A DNA stretch of 64,000 bases, from NCBI RefSeq assembly GCF_003334815.1, contig NZ_QOWO01000004.1. One strand, written 5' to 3'. Source of the DNA: Escherichia coli. GTDB lineage: Bacteria > Pseudomonadota > Gammaproteobacteria > Enterobacterales > Enterobacteriaceae. Both the position numbers and the translations under genes were made by a program. Within the stretch, counting starts at the first letter, position 1; every line of letters starts with the position of its first letter. Below are positions 22,348 through 34,109 of the stretch, piece after piece. A model generated the notes under the pieces. It searched no databases. It was given only the letters and a program-made list of their open reading frames with translations, and was not told the DNA's origin.

Positions 22348-23312
22348 TACCCCCGAAAGCGGTCTTGATTCTCAAGGAACCACTGGTAAGTGCTGGCAAG
22401 GCCCGCTTCCAGTGAGATTTCGTGATACCAGCCAAGCTGATGCAGGCGCGTCACATCCAGCAGTTTGCGCGGCGTACCATCCGGTTTGCTGGCATCAAAA
22501 ACCACCCGACCTTTGTAACCCACCACTTTGGCGATGGTTTGCGCCAGCTCGCGGATAGTGCAGTCAACGCCCGTGCCGACGTTAATGTGCGACAGCATCG
22601 GCTGGGTGTTCTCCAGCCAGACTTCGTGCGCCAGCTCCATGACATGAATGCTCGCCGCCGCCATATCATCGACGTGCAGGAATTCACGCATCGGTGTACC
22701 GCTGCCCCATACCACCACGTCCGGTGCATTCTGTGCCGTCGCCTCGTGGAAGCGACGCAGCAATGCAGGGATCACATGCGAATTACTCGGGTGGAAGTTG
22801 TCATGCGGGCCATACAGGTTGGTCGGCATGACTGAGCGGTAATCGCGTCCGTACTGGCGGTTGTATGATTCGCACAGTTTGATCCCGGCGATTTTGGCAA
22901 TGGCGTAAGGCTCGTTGGTCGGCTCCAGCGTGCCCTGCAATAACTCGCTTTCTGCCATCGGCTGTTTTGCCAGTTTCGGGTAGATACAGGACGATCCAAG
23001 AAACAGCAGTTTGTTCACGTCGTTCTGATGCGCGGCGTGAATGATGTTGCTCTCAATCATCATGTTCTGGTAGATGAAATCCGCCGGATAGGTGTTGTTG
23101 GCAACAATGCCGCCCACTTTCGCCGCCGCCAGATAGACCTGGTCAATGCGTTCGCTGGCAAAGAAATCATGCACCGCGCGGCTGTCCAGCAGGTTCAGCT
23201 CGTCGCGGGTGCGTAATACCAGTTCCACATCACCGCGCTGTTCGAGCTGCCGCCTGATGGCAGAACCGACCATCCCACGATGGCCAGCGATAAAAATGCG
23301 TTGTTTACTCAT
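22347..23312 (-). CDS. fcl: GDP-L-fucose synthase
   Basis: 321 aa; [21 protein letters not shown]; synteny. Confidence 0.95.
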   Translation of the reverse strand: MSKQRIFIAGHRGMVGSAIRRQLEQRGDVELVLRTRDELNLLDSRAVHDFFASERIDQVYLAAAKVGGIVANNTYPADFIYQNMMIESNIIHAAHQNDVNKLLFLGSSCIYPKLAKQPMAESELLQGTLEPTNEPYAIAKIAGIKLCESYNRQYGRDYRSVMPTNLYGPHDNFHPSNSHVIPALLRRFHEATAQNAPDVVVWGSGTPMREFLHVDDMAAASIHVMELAHEVWLENTQPMLSHINVGTGVDCTIRELAQTIAKVVGYKGRVVFDASKPDGTPRKLLDVTRLHQLGWYHEISLEAGLASTYQWFLENQDRFRG

Positions 23313-23314
23313 GC

Positions 23315-24436
23315 TTATGACTCCAGCGCGATCGCCACGTCGTAGCCGTGAGATTTCAGCAGAGAGTGTTTTTTCGCCGCTTCGAGGTCATTAGCCACCA
23401 TTTCAGACACCATCTCTCTGAGGGTGATTTCCGGTTTCCAGCCCAGTTTTTCGTGCGCTTTGGTCGGGTCGCCGAGCAGCGTTTCAACTTCTGCCGGACG
23501 GAAGTAACGCGGGTCAACGGCGATAATCACATCGCCCGGTTTAACGCCCGGCGCGTCATGCCCGGTGACGGAAACCACAATGCCCTTCTCTTCAACGCCC
23601 GTGCCTTCAAAGCGCAGTTTGATGCCCAGCTGTGCTGCCGCCATTTCCACGAACTGACGCACGGAGTACTGAACGCCGGTCGCGATAACGAAATCTTCCG
23701 GCTGTTCCTGTTGCAGCATCATCCACTGCATTTTTACGTAGTCTTTGGCATGGCCCCAGTCACGCAGGGAATCCATATTGCCGAGGTACAGGCACGACTC
23801 CAGCCCCTGGGCGATATTGGCGATTGCGCGGGTGATTTTGCGGGTAACGAAGGTTTCGCCGCGGCGCGGGGATTCATGGTTGAAGAGAATACCGTTACAG
23901 GCGTACATGCCGTAGGATTCGCGGTAGTTAACGGTGATCCAGTAGGCGTACAGTTTGGCGACAGCATACGGAGAGCGTGGGTAGAACGGCGTGGTTTCTT
24001 TCTGCGGAATTTCCTGCACCAGACCATACAGTTCAGAGGTGGAAGCCTGATAGAAACGGGTTTTCTTTTCCAGACCGAGGAAGCGGATCGCCTCGAGCAG
24101 GCGCAGCGTACCCATCGCATCGACGTCTGCGGTATATTCCGGTGACTCAAAAGAAACCGCAACGTGGCTCATTGCGCCCAGGTTGTAAACTTCATCCGGC
24201 TGCACTTCACGCAAAATGCGTGTCAGGTTGGAGGTATCACTCAGGTCGCCATAATGCAGATGGAATTTCGGGGTGCAGGTGTGCGGATCCTGATAAATGT
24301 GATCCACGCGCTCGGTGTTGAATGACGATGCACGACGCTTAATACCATGCACCTCGTAACCTTTTTCCAGCAGAAACTCTGCCAGGTAAGAACCGTCTTG
24401 TCCGGTTACACCGGTGATGAGAGCGACTTTTGACAT
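23315..24436 (-). CDS. gmd: GDP-mannose 4,6-dehydratase
   Basis: 373 aa; [23 protein letters not shown]. Confidence 0.95.
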   Translation of the reverse strand: MSKVALITGVTGQDGSYLAEFLLEKGYEVHGIKRRASSFNTERVDHIYQDPHTCTPKFHLHYGDLSDTSNLTRILREVQPDEVYNLGAMSHVAVSFESPEYTADVDAMGTLRLLEAIRFLGLEKKTRFYQASTSELYGLVQEIPQKETTPFYPRSPYAVAKLYAYWITVNYRESYGMYACNGILFNHESPRRGETFVTRKITRAIANIAQGLESCLYLGNMDSLRDWGHAKDYVKMQWMMLQQEQPEDFVIATGVQYSVRQFVEMAAAQLGIKLRFEGTGVEEKGIVVSVTGHDAPGVKPGDVIIAVDPRYFRPAEVETLLGDPTKAHEKLGWKPEITLREMVSEMVANDLEAAKKHSLLKSHGYDVAIALES

Positions 24437-24462
24437 GTCTTATTCCTCTGTATTTTTTGAAT

Positions 24463-25011
24463 TTATTCAGTTTCAACGCGTTCGCGTATCACCACTGCGG
24501 GATTCCCCCGGCAAACCACATTTGCCGGAAGCGTTTTAAAAACACTGCTTCGTGCACCCACGACAGTGCCGTCGCCAATCGTGACGCCAGGGGCAACAAA
24601 AACATCGGTTGCCAGCCAGCATTTCTCGCCAATCACAATAGGCGTAGCATTAATGGTGAAATGTTGACTTGCATGGTCGTGGCTACCGGTGCATAAATAA
24701 CTTTTTTGCGATATCACCGAATGTGCGCCAATGGTTATTTCACCGAGGGTATATAAATTGACGTCATCGCCGACCCACGCGTAATCACCTAAGGTTAATT
24801 TCCACGGATAGGTAATTTTTACTGACGGACGAATAACTACGTTTTTTCCTATTTTTGCGCCGAATAAACGTAATAAAAATGCCCGCCAGCGATACAATAC
24901 TTGTGGCGACCAGGCAAATATTGTTGCCTGTACTGCCCACCATAATTGCACTTTAATAGCGTTGCCGCCCCGGAACCCTTTCGGCACCGAGAAACCGCTT
25001 AAATCTTGCAT
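24463..25011 (-). CDS. wcaF: Colanic acid acetyltransferase WcaF
   Basis: 182 aa hexapeptide-repeat acyltransferase. Confidence 0.9.
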   Translation of the reverse strand: MQDLSGFSVPKGFRGGNAIKVQLWWAVQATIFAWSPQVLYRWRAFLLRLFGAKIGKNVVIRPSVKITYPWKLTLGDYAWVGDDVNLYTLGEITIGAHSVISQKSYLCTGSHDHASQHFTINATPIVIGEKCWLATDVFVAPGVTIGDGTVVGARSSVFKTLPANVVCRGNPAVVIRERVETE

Positions 25012-25026
25012 CGTTTTCCCTTATAT

Positions 25027-25773
25027 TCAGCTTTTGTTATATAAGGCTTTCGTCTTTGAGGTAGTACGTTGGCGTAAATGCCAGGATAATTCTGCCCAGA
25101 AGCCAGGCACATGTAATATTTGCCGTTGGACTTTTTTGGCGTCAGCACACAATTCCATATTATTGGTGGTTGATACCCCACCCATGGAAAATTCAGACAC
25201 CAGGCCATTGAGTTTTTTAAATGCATAACCGGCTTTATACATTTTAGCCGCCAGCGCGTAATCGGAAGATACTTTATATTCCAGGTCATAACGCCATTTT
25301 TTCAAGCCGGATACCGGGAAAAATATCGCCTGATGGCTGGCGGGCAGGCTGTGATAAATATACCAGCCCGGTTTGGCGCTACGTTTAATTTTATGCCCGT
25401 CGCCAAAATCCAGCAGCGCATCGCCGGTGATCATCATGTTATCTTTTTGCATTTTTAACTTACGGACAAAATTTGCGGCATCCTGATGAAAAATATCGCC
25501 CGAATTGAGAAACAACGCGAACTTGCCTTGTGCCATCGTAATGCCTTTGTTCATGGCGTCGTAGATACCGTTATCTGGCTCGCTGACAAAGCGTAGGTTA
25601 TAGATACCATTGAGATTTTCCAGATACTCACGGGTGCCGTCATTGGAACCGCCATCGACAACAATCCATTCGAAGCTGATATCGTCCGCCTGCGCCAGAT
25701 GCGCCAGCGAGGCATGTGTTTTGACTATCCCTTCGAGGTTACGAAACGCGACAGTGATTATGCTAAGCAACAT
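25027..25773 (-). CDS. wcaE: Colanic acid glycosyltransferase WcaE (GT2)
   Basis: 248 aa; [13 protein letters not shown]2 motif. Confidence 0.9.
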   Translation of the reverse strand: MLLSIITVAFRNLEGIVKTHASLAHLAQADDISFEWIVVDGGSNDGTREYLENLNGIYNLRFVSEPDNGIYDAMNKGITMAQGKFALFLNSGDIFHQDAANFVRKLKMQKDNMMITGDALLDFGDGHKIKRSAKPGWYIYHSLPASHQAIFFPVSGLKKWRYDLEYKVSSDYALAAKMYKAGYAFKKLNGLVSEFSMGGVSTTNNMELCADAKKVQRQILHVPGFWAELSWHLRQRTTSKTKALYNKS

Positions 25774-25783
25774 GTTCTTATTC

Positions 25784-27001
25784 TTACCTCGTAATATTTA
25801 ACGCTTTTCGCAAAATAAACGGACAGACGATTAAAAATGCATATTCCGGGCTAAATATCGAACCGGTAAAAAACAGCGATACCGGAGTAAAAAGATATAA
25901 TTGCACGCGAAAATTGCGGTTATCACCAAAAGCGTTGATCATCATTTTTATCACTTTCCCCATGTACCACAGCGATAAAAACACTGCGAACCAGGAAAAA
26001 TAAATAATCAGCAGATACAAACCATTGTCTATGGTTTTTCCGACATCCGCACCGTTAAATATTCCGAATGATGCGACGTATTCATAAAGTGAGCCAAATC
26101 TGACTACACCGTCAATATGGGTCAAAGAATAACCGACCATCACCAGCGGACCGACAATACGATAATACGATGACGATCCTTCCGTACCTAAATCGCCCAG
26201 ACGGGTGGAAATATAAGGAAACGCGATTACCACACCAACCAGGAATACAGCCAGAGAAATCAATGCCAACGGTAACTTTTTCTTAATCGCCTCTTTATTC
26301 AGATATTGAAATGCCCACTCCAGCAAATAAAACAGGATAAAGGTCATAACCCCTGAAAACGATCCGGATAATATTATCCCTGCGAGAATCATAGCATCGG
26401 TTTTAGGCGTTTTGATACCAAACTGTTTGATGCTGAGCCAAATTGAGATTAATGCCAGAGCGAAAAATGCCGGTTCGAAATAAAGTGCTGTCGTGCGCTT
26501 GCCGCCGAATTTAATGAAATTCAGTACATAGCTGTTGCTGTAAATCAGATATTTCGAAATCGACTCCATAATACTGCTGCCACCGGTGAGGATAATTTGC
26601 GCCATCTCCACCGCCGCCAGCGCCACCACCAGCCCGACCACCAGATAAAAGAAACGTAATATCTTGCGATGGTTGTGTGGCGAAATCGTTTTAAAGCGAA
26701 TACTCCACACCATGCCAATAATGATCACAATATAGACAAACAGCATGGTTGATGTGACGTATTTACTGGCATCCAACGACTGACCAAACAGATAGTTGAA
26801 CGCCGTGAGTCCCGCACCAATCCCTAAGGCAATCATCAATTTTTTAACGCTGATGCGTTCTAAAAACAGCAGTAACAAGACAGGTAAAAAAGTGACGATA
26901 GTGATGGGGAAACTTTCACCAAGCTGGGCGATTTTGACGTTAACCAGCAGGTAGATCAGCGGCAGCAGCAGGTAGCTACAGATTCTGATAGAAGTTGACA
27001 T
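25784..27001 (-). CDS. wcaD: Colanic acid polymerase WcaD
   Basis: ORF track 429 aa; likely start MSTSIR at 27001 (GGAGGAG RBS) gives 405 aa; polytopic membrane protein. Confidence 0.85.
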   Translation of the reverse strand: MSTSIRICSYLLLPLIYLLVNVKIAQLGESFPITIVTFLPVLLLLFLERISVKKLMIALGIGAGLTAFNYLFGQSLDASKYVTSTMLFVYIVIIIGMVWSIRFKTISPHNHRKILRFFYLVVGLVVALAAVEMAQIILTGGSSIMESISKYLIYSNSYVLNFIKFGGKRTTALYFEPAFFALALISIWLSIKQFGIKTPKTDAMILAGIILSGSFSGVMTFILFYLLEWAFQYLNKEAIKKKLPLALISLAVFLVGVVIAFPYISTRLGDLGTEGSSSYYRIVGPLVMVGYSLTHIDGVVRFGSLYEYVASFGIFNGADVGKTIDNGLYLLIIYFSWFAVFLSLWYMGKVIKMMINAFGDNRNFRVQLYLFTPVSLFFTGSIFSPEYAFLIVCPFILRKALNITR

Positions 27002-28193
27002 ACTCCTCCAGCATCTGTTGTCCACTGTAGGCGGCGCGGCTGCGTTGGCTGAACTCAGCCAGCGTGGTACCAAATATCGCCTGCGCGATTTCCGGTTTGC
27101 TTAACTGGACCAGTTGCAGCACGTCTTCTTCGCTGACAGTTTTACCTCCGGATTTTTGCAGCACTTCCCGCGCCGCATCGCTATGGGTGGCGATCACCGG
27201 CACACCAATCGATAGCGCCTCACACAAAATCAGCGGGTAGTTATCGACACGAGAACTGAACACCAGCGCATCCATCTGATTGAGCGCGCTCATCAACTTG
27301 CGCTTGTCAGTTTCAAAGCCGTGATTAACCACGTTGCCAGCGGTGAACGGCGAGAACTTACCAAAGGTATGCAGTTCGATTTTGTCGCCCAGCGCCATCA
27401 TCTCACGCACCAGTTGCTGGTTAGTTTTGCCGTCGTAACGCAGGTCATGCGCCACCACCGCGATTTTCGGCTTGCCCTGGGTTTCGCGCACCGGAGGCAG
27501 ATCCGCCAGAATCGCTTCGGTTGCCATATCAATGCCATTATTGATAATCCGGCAACGCCCTGGACCGTACAGGCTATTGAAAGCATCAGCCACATGCTGG
27601 CTGGGGGAAATAAACTGACAGCCCAGCGCCAGCATCTCACGAAATAACTGGCGTTTGCCCGCCACCAGCTGGTGCGCGCGATCAATCTTCACCGGCGGAT
27701 AGTTATTTAAGGTCGGGCATTTCTGGCAACCCGTTTTCCAGCCTTCGCAACCGTCGGTAAAGGCGCAGCGCCCGGTTACACTCCAGTGATCGTGCAGCGT
27801 CCAGACCACAGTGACGTCCGGTTTATGGTTTTTCACTTTTTCGCAAAAGCGCACCACGCTCTTAAGATTTAGCCAGTAGCTGTGCAGCACATGAAAATGC
27901 AGGACCACCGGACCCGGTGTGCGAGTAATGGTGCGATATAACTCATTGAAATTGCCAAACAGATCGCGATTAAACAGACGAAACAGTGCAATGTTCGCCA
28001 TCGCGGTCATCCGCGGCGTATGTTTGATTACCTGCGGATAGTTTTGATGGCTGACGCTCTCTTTGCCGCCTTTGCCGTAACCGTAGACAAAATGTGACGC
28101 CAGCCCCTGTTGCAGCGCACGCTGATGGAGATCTAACGCCACACCTGCTGCCCCGCCTTCCGCCAGTCGCACATTAAATTGCAAAATATTCAT
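26976..28193 (-). CDS. wcaC: Colanic acid glycosyltransferase WcaC
   Basis: 405 aa GT4-like; synteny. Confidence 0.9.
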   Translation of the reverse strand: MNILQFNVRLAEGGAAGVALDLHQRALQQGLASHFVYGYGKGGKESVSHQNYPQVIKHTPRMTAMANIALFRLFNRDLFGNFNELYRTITRTPGPVVLHFHVLHSYWLNLKSVVRFCEKVKNHKPDVTVVWTLHDHWSVTGRCAFTDGCEGWKTGCQKCPTLNNYPPVKIDRAHQLVAGKRQLFREMLALGCQFISPSQHVADAFNSLYGPGRCRIINNGIDMATEAILADLPPVRETQGKPKIAVVAHDLRYDGKTNQQLVREMMALGDKIELHTFGKFSPFTAGNVVNHGFETDKRKLMSALNQMDALVFSSRVDNYPLILCEALSIGVPVIATHSDAAREVLQKSGGKTVSEEDVLQLVQLSKPEIAQAIFGTTLAEFSQRSRAAYSGQQMLEEYVNFYQNL

Positions 28194-28678
28194 TTAATTA
28201 CCTTCACTCGCGCTTTTTCTCCCACCACCAGCGCGTTGTCCGGGACAGAGTCGAGCACCACGCTGCCCGCACCCACGGTGACGTTGTTACCAAGCGTGAT
28301 ATCACCAAGAATAATGACGTTGGCACCGAGTTCGACGCCGTTGCCAATGTGTGGACATGCCATGTTATCGGCACCACGATTGCCGATAGTGACGCCGTGG
28401 CGAATGGTGAAATCATCCCCCGCCACCACGTTTTTATTGATCACTACGGCGTAACCGTGATGGATAGTAAAGCGGCGGCCAATGGTCGCGGCGGCCTGGA
28501 TTTCATAACCGAAAAAGCATTCGGTGATAATGCGATACAGCACCAGCAGCGGGGCCGCCCACAGATTGTTGAGGACGTTCTTTTTGCGCCACACCGAACA
28601 AAAATGAGCGACGCGATAGGCAAGTACCATGCAGCACGGGCGTAAACTCCAGCTGTTGGCGCGCAGATCTTCCAGCAT
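28190..28678 (-). CDS. wcaB: Colanic acid acetyltransferase WcaB
   Basis: 162 aa hexapeptide-repeat (serine acetyltransferase-like). Confidence 0.9.
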   Translation of the reverse strand: MLEDLRANSWSLRPCCMVLAYRVAHFCSVWRKKNVLNNLWAAPLLVLYRIITECFFGYEIQAAATIGRRFTIHHGYAVVINKNVVAGDDFTIRHGVTIGNRGADNMACPHIGNGVELGANVIILGDITLGNNVTVGAGSVVLDSVPDNALVVGEKARVKVIK

Positions 28679-28680
28679 CT

Positions 28681-29520
28681 TTAGCGCCCCCGAATACCAT
28701 CAGCCAGACGTTTGCCGTTACGCACCGACAGCAGCGTCAACAAGGTGCGCCAGGTCATACGTTTATTGCGGATCTGGTAGAGGGTAAACAGCTGATATTT
28801 TTTACTGGCGCGGTCGAATTTGTCTTTGTGCTTGCGGTAAAAGTGGAAGTACCCGGAGAATTTTTTCGGTGACGAGGTGATCTGCATTTCACCGTGATTG
28901 ATATGCAGGATCTGCGTCGCCTCTTCCACTTTCCACGGTTCGCCATACTCCACCACCATCCGCAGGAAGATGTCGTAATCCTGTGCCGCTTTCAGTTCGG
29001 TATCGAACAAACACTCTTTGAAACGCCACGCCCAGGTAAAGACCTGATTGCCAATGATATTGCGTTTATAGAACAGGCGGCGTGAATACGGCGATTTGGG
29101 ATACAGCGGCAAACTTGCTGGTTGGGAATAGACTTCGCCCTGGCAAACGTAGTCGTTAGCGTACAAAAAGGCGTGAGTGACCAGTTGCTGTTTATGGGCG
29201 AGGAAGACGCTCAGACGGTTGGGTGTCCATTCATCATCATCATCGATCCCGGTGATGTATTCCCCTTGCGCCAGCATAATCGCCTGGTTACGTACCGCGC
29301 ACGCCCCGCTGTTAATATCGTTGTGAATGTAGGTAATACGCGGATCGTTGAGGGCGGTGACGTACTGTTGCAGTTGTTCCCAGGAGGTGGAGCAATCATC
29401 CACGATGATCATCTCCCAGTTGCTGTAGTCCTGGCGCAGGACCGATTTTATCGCCCGAATCGCCAGTTGTTGGCGGTTCCAGGTTGGCATATAGATTGAG
29501 ATCAGCGGATTATCTTTCAT
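28681..29520 (-). CDS. wcaA: Colanic acid glycosyltransferase WcaA (GT2)
   Basis: 279 aa; IIVDDCS GT2 motif. Confidence 0.9.
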   Translation of the reverse strand: MKDNPLISIYMPTWNRQQLAIRAIKSVLRQDYSNWEMIIVDDCSTSWEQLQQYVTALNDPRITYIHNDINSGACAVRNQAIMLAQGEYITGIDDDDEWTPNRLSVFLAHKQQLVTHAFLYANDYVCQGEVYSQPASLPLYPKSPYSRRLFYKRNIIGNQVFTWAWRFKECLFDTELKAAQDYDIFLRMVVEYGEPWKVEEATQILHINHGEMQITSSPKKFSGYFHFYRKHKDKFDRASKKYQLFTLYQIRNKRMTWRTLLTLLSVRNGKRLADGIRGR

Positions 29521-29582
29521 AGGTTGTTCTCCCGGAGTGTCGAGATGTTCTGCCGGTTTATAAGCTTGTTTACGGGTTCTGT

Positions 29583-29690
29583 TGCCGGATGCGGCGTGAG
29601 CGCCTTATCCGGCCTACGGAGCTGGTTTGCTTGCCGGATGCGGCGTGAAGGTAGGTCGGATAAGATGCGTCAGCATCGCATCCGACAGCG
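29583..29690. repeat. REP/BIME element between wcaA and wzc
   Basis: gccggatgcggcgtgagcgccttatccggcctac and ggtcggataagatgcgtcagcatcgcatccgac palindromic units. Confidence 0.8.
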
Positions 29691-29697
29691 GATGTCG

Positions 29698-31860
29698 TTA
29701 TTTCGCATCCGACTTATATTCGTATTCGTAATAGCCATAATCCTGATACGCGCTGGCGCGGCGGAAGATGGAGTTCAGAATCACCCCTTTCACCGGAATA
29801 CCGTTTTGCTCAAAGCGGCTCAGACTGGTTTCCACTTCTTTCAAGGTGTTGACCGCATAACGCGCCACCATTAACGTGGTTCCGACATGACGACCAACAA
29901 TTGCCGCATCGGTCACTGCCAGAATCGGCGGCGTATCAATCAACACCAGGTCATAGTTTTTACTCGCCCAGTTCACCAGTTCGGCAAAGCGTTCGCTCAT
30001 CAACAGTTCAGAAGGATTTGGCGGCACCTGACCGCGCGGGATCAGGTCAAATTTGGCAATAGAGGTCGGTTTAGCAGCGGTAGTAATATCGCCCTGACCA
30101 ATCAGAATTTCCGACAGGCCATTAACGTTATTAGTGCCCAGCAGCTCGTGGGTGTAGCCTTTGCGCATATCGCAGTCGATCAACAACACCCGTTTATTGG
30201 TCTGGCTGATCACCGCCGCCAGGTTGGCGCAGACAAAGGTTTTACCGATTGACGGGCTAACCCCGGTCATCATCAACACATTGTTCTGTGCCTGCATCAT
30301 CGCGAAGTGCAAACTGGTACGCAGACTGCGGATGGCTTCAATCGCCAGATCGGTTGGATTCCCCATCGCCAGTAGCTGGCTCTGTTTATAGCGTTTAATC
30401 CCTTTGATGGTTTTGACGCTATCGCGCGCTTTCTGCCATTCCGACAGCGGGATGCTGGCATAGACGCTGATACCGTGTTCTTCCAGCACCTGCGGGCTTT
30501 CGATGCCGCGATTAAACAACGAGCGCAGCAGCACACCCACGATAGAAAGCATCAGGCCAAGGATAATCGCGCCGAGGATAATCAGCCCTTTCTTCGGTTT
30601 CAGCACGCCAGGCTGGGTGATTGCCGGGTCAACAATGCGCACATCGCCGACGGTGCTGGCTTCGGTGATTTTCAGCTCCTGCTCTTTATTCAGCAGTTGC
30701 ATATAGACCTGCTGACCAGACTCGACATCGCGGGTCAGGCGCACAATCTCCTGCTGGGTTTTCGGCATCGCCGTTACGCGACCGTTAAGTTTGGCTTTCT
30801 CTTCTTCCAGCGCCTGACGTTTCTCCAGCAGCGTGCGGTACGCCGGGTGAACTTTGGTGTACAGCTTGGAGATTTCCGCCTCTTTAAAGGTCAGTTCGTT
30901 CAACTGCGCGTCGATGTTCACCATCGAATCGAGCACCGCTTTCGCTTCCAGCGGCAGATCAACAGAATCTTTATCCTGACGGAAGGCATTCAGTTTGTTT
31001 TCGGCAACATCGAGGCGGCTACGTACTTCCGGTAACTGTTGCGCGAGGAAAGCGAGGCTTTTCGACGCTTCCGCCGATTTGCGCTCAATATTTTGTTCCT
31101 GATAGTTACGGGCGATGCTGTTAAGAATGTCGCGGATCTGTTCGCGATCTTCACCGGTATAAGTCAGGCTCAGTACGCCTGCGTCTTTGCCGTTCTCCGT
31201 TACCGTCAGGCTGTTTTGCAGTTGGTTGATCATCCCCAACGTGGAGTATTTGGTGACGGTAAACTCACTGCCCGGGCGGGCGTGAATGGCTTCAACCATC
31301 AGCGTGACGCCTTCTTTTTTCAGCATCTGGCCCGCTTGCCCACGGGCGCTAAAGCCGCCATCACTGCTCAGGGTGTAGTTTTTATTGTCCAGCACATTAA
31401 GCGTAAACACCTGGTCCGCCATCTCTTTCGGGCGGTTAAAGGTGGTCACTTTCACCGTCTCGTTCTGACGTCCCATCAAACGATCCCAGCCCGCACCGAA
31501 AATCGGGAACGTGTTTTTGCTCACCGCAATATCGAGGTCGAGATCGTCCACCGTTTTACCAAGCACCAGGCGCGAACGAATCAACTGGATCTCGGCGTCC
31601 GATGCAGGCGGTTTGTTGGCTAATGCCGAACCAATGTCCTGCACTAACGAATTGCCGCTGTTTTGCTCGATTTGTACCAGTGCGTCGGCACTATAAATCG
31701 GCGTGGCGAAGAAGGTGTAAACCACGGCACAGAGGGCAAATACAGCGGTGATGCCAATCACCCACCAGCGCGCTTCAATGACGGTGCCGACCAGGCGACC
31801 AATATCGATTTCATCACTGCCCGTTACCGGAGCGGCATGTTGTTTTACTTTTTCTGTCAT
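29698..31860 (-). CDS. wzc: Tyrosine-protein kinase Wzc (BY-kinase)
   Basis: ORF track 732 aa; likely start MTEKVKQ at 31860 gives 720 aa; Walker A GVSPSIGKT and C-terminal Tyr cluster YQDYGYYEYEY. Confidence 0.95.
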   Translation of the reverse strand: MTEKVKQHAAPVTGSDEIDIGRLVGTVIEARWWVIGITAVFALCAVVYTFFATPIYSADALVQIEQNSGNSLVQDIGSALANKPPASDAEIQLIRSRLVLGKTVDDLDLDIAVSKNTFPIFGAGWDRLMGRQNETVKVTTFNRPKEMADQVFTLNVLDNKNYTLSSDGGFSARGQAGQMLKKEGVTLMVEAIHARPGSEFTVTKYSTLGMINQLQNSLTVTENGKDAGVLSLTYTGEDREQIRDILNSIARNYQEQNIERKSAEASKSLAFLAQQLPEVRSRLDVAENKLNAFRQDKDSVDLPLEAKAVLDSMVNIDAQLNELTFKEAEISKLYTKVHPAYRTLLEKRQALEEEKAKLNGRVTAMPKTQQEIVRLTRDVESGQQVYMQLLNKEQELKITEASTVGDVRIVDPAITQPGVLKPKKGLIILGAIILGLMLSIVGVLLRSLFNRGIESPQVLEEHGISVYASIPLSEWQKARDSVKTIKGIKRYKQSQLLAMGNPTDLAIEAIRSLRTSLHFAMMQAQNNVLMMTGVSPSIGKTFVCANLAAVISQTNKRVLLIDCDMRKGYTHELLGTNNVNGLSEILIGQGDITTAAKPTSIAKFDLIPRGQVPPNPSELLMSERFAELVNWASKNYDLVLIDTPPILAVTDAAIVGRHVGTTLMVARYAVNTLKEVETSLSRFEQNGIPVKGVILNSIFRRASAYQDYGYYEYEYKSDAK

Positions 31861-31862
31861 TC

Positions 31863-32306
31863 TTATACCTGCTCTGCGTTCAATGCCTGCGCCCACTGGC
31901 GGGCAGACCGTTCAAGTAATGTGTACACCGCTGCAAACGTTTCCCGGCTTTTGCGATACGGATCGGGGATTTCACATTCGTTATCCCAGTGACCAAACAG
32001 CATCACTTTGCCGCGCATCTCAGGTGCCATCTCGCATAAGCGTTCGATATGGCGCTTTTCCATGGTCAAAATCAGGTCGTAGTTGCGACACAGACGGCGG
32101 CTGATTTGACGGGCACAGTGACCTTCCAGAGACAGTTGATGTTCTGCGGCGACGCTGATAGCGGTAGGATCAGCGCCCTTACCGACCAGCGCGCCGAGTC
32201 CAGCGGACTCCACTTTCAGCTCCGGGTGATAACGTTGCAGTAAGCGTTCCGCCGTCGGGGAACGGCAAATATTGCCGACACAGACAACTAAGATGTTGTT
32301 AAACAT
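31863..32306 (-). CDS. wzb: Low-molecular-weight protein-tyrosine phosphatase Wzb
   Basis: 147 aa; CVGNICRSP P-loop motif. Confidence 0.95.
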   Translation of the reverse strand: MFNNILVVCVGNICRSPTAERLLQRYHPELKVESAGLGALVGKGADPTAISVAAEHQLSLEGHCARQISRRLCRNYDLILTMEKRHIERLCEMAPEMRGKVMLFGHWDNECEIPDPYRKSRETFAAVYTLLERSARQWAQALNAEQV

Positions 32307-32311
32307 GACGA

Positions 32312-33451
32312 TTACCAGTTATGAATGTCGCTGGCTGTATCCGTCATGTAACGGACACCGCTAATAGTTGGCAGCAACTGATTGATCAGACGGTTCCAGC
32401 GGGAAACCGGGGCGGTGGTGACATACACCACGTCATAAGGTTGCAGGCGGAATTCTGTCGCCATCACCAGCGACGTGGCATCGGACATATCCAGCTGGTA
32501 GATATTGGCAATCTTGCCGTTACGCCCGCCCTCGCCTTTCAGCGGACGAATGACAAAGATGCCGCTGGCGTTGGAGGTGGTCATGTCGATGCCTTCAGCA
32601 TTGCCCAGGGCTTCGGTCAGGGTCATGCCGCTAAAGTCCATTTTCAGGGTGCTCTGTTTCTTCACTTCACCCATCACAAATACTTTCAGATCATCATTAC
32701 GTGGCACGTAGAGAATATCGCCGGGGTAAAGCAGGCGATTCTGGTTGAGGTCGCCGTTTTGCATCAGCGCCTGCAAAGAAATGCGTTCTTCACGACCATT
32801 GTGTGTTAACACCACGTTGCGCCAGTCAGCGGTGTCGGTCAGGCCACCTGCGGCGTTGATGGCGTCGAGAATAGTCAGTGGCACGTTGGTGATCGCCTGT
32901 TGACCGGATTTATTCACCTGACCGGAGATATAGGCCTTTTGTGAGCGGAAGGCGGCGATATTAACGTCCACCTGCGGGTCAGCGATGTACGTCGCTAAGC
33001 GCCCGGTAATATCACTGCGGATTTCAGCGAGCGTTTTCCCGACTACGTGAACCTTGCCGATATACGGGTAGAACATAGTGCCGTCAGGCTGTACCCAGTT
33101 GCCGGTGTCGCTGGAGCTGCGGTACTGACCAGCTGGCGTGGTGAGTTCCGGGTGATCCCAGACGGTGACATTAAGAACGTCGCCCGGCCCGACGCGATAC
33201 TGGTAATTCGCGATCTCACTTTCCAGCGTCATATTGGGGCGCGCTACATTCGGGCGTGGGCGTAATTGGTCAATCAGGCGCGGGGTCAACGGATAAACAT
33301 TCACCATTTTGTCGAGATCGAAATCAGCGTCCTGCTGTTTGATGACGTCTTTGCCCATCGTCGACATATTGCTGCCCGGAAGTACTGTGCAACCGCTTAT
33401 CAAGGTTACTGACACCAATAATGGCATCAATTTCATTTTGGATTTCATCAT
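32312..33451 (-). CDS. wza: Outer-membrane polysaccharide export lipoprotein Wza
   Basis: 379 aa; lipoprotein signal ending LISGC. Confidence 0.95.
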   Translation of the reverse strand: MMKSKMKLMPLLVSVTLISGCTVLPGSNMSTMGKDVIKQQDADFDLDKMVNVYPLTPRLIDQLRPRPNVARPNMTLESEIANYQYRVGPGDVLNVTVWDHPELTTPAGQYRSSSDTGNWVQPDGTMFYPYIGKVHVVGKTLAEIRSDITGRLATYIADPQVDVNIAAFRSQKAYISGQVNKSGQQAITNVPLTILDAINAAGGLTDTADWRNVVLTHNGREERISLQALMQNGDLNQNRLLYPGDILYVPRNDDLKVFVMGEVKKQSTLKMDFSGMTLTEALGNAEGIDMTTSNASGIFVIRPLKGEGGRNGKIANIYQLDMSDATSLVMATEFRLQPYDVVYVTTAPVSRWNRLINQLLPTISGVRYMTDTASDIHNW

Positions 33452-33626
33452 TGTTTATTTATCACTTTGGCAGAGTAATTATCCTGTGCACTATTAATAG
33501 CAATGTCGCCATGCACATTTACCTTGCAGTTAATTGAATAAAAATTTAACTGGCATCAGTCCTAAAAAAATTGATTTCATCCGCAGGCTATTGACAGAAT
33601 AATTCAGACTGGTCTTTCAGGCATCC

Positions 33627-33662
33627 AGACACGCTACCGCCCCTGGCTTTTTAGCTACCAAT
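33627..33662 (-). promoter_or_regulatory. JUMPstart/ops element in the wza leader
   Basis: cacgctaccgcccctggcttt..agctacca, near-identical to the element at 9090; ops = reverse complement of 33630..33641. Confidence 0.8.
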
Positions 33663-33934
33663 ACACTGATTTAGCTTAATTTTTCAAACCCTCTCTGCAT
33701 ACAATCGTTGATGAGAAAGGGTTATTGCGGAAATTAACTTCCGAATATAAGGTGACATTATGGTAATTGAATATTGGCTCTCCAATAATGCAGGAGGAAG
33801 TGTTACAGCTAACGGAATAGCAGGCAAGGTAACAATTCGGCAATTGGCTATTTTTAAGAATTATATTAAGTGTCATTCAATATGGTTTTTAGGAGTTTCT
33901 TTAGGTTGACAATATTTAATATTGCGTCTCCACA

Positions 33935-33948
33935 TGCGATATTTCTTA
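33935..33948 (-). promoter_or_regulatory. Putative RcsAB box upstream of the colanic-acid operon
   Basis: Reverse complement is TAAGAAATATCGCA, close to the remembered consensus TaAGaatatTCctA; placement upstream of wza is plausible. Consensus match by eye only. Confidence 0.4.
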
Positions 33949-34109
33949 AATAATGTTTTATTATTACCACTTTTAATTCAGGGATAATGTGAGGTTATTA
34001 CCCTCAAATAATATGAGATAAATAGTGCTGCAACATTGCATTTTTGCCCCGATTTATCCATGATCGAATTGTGACATTTGTCATACAACGAATAGGTTTT
34101 GTACTTACT

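Noticed and set aside
33676-33876. 66-aa minus-strand ORF in the wza upstream region
   Set aside because: AT-rich leader/promoter region, Cys/Asn-rich low-complexity translation, no RBS; more likely non-coding regulatory DNA.
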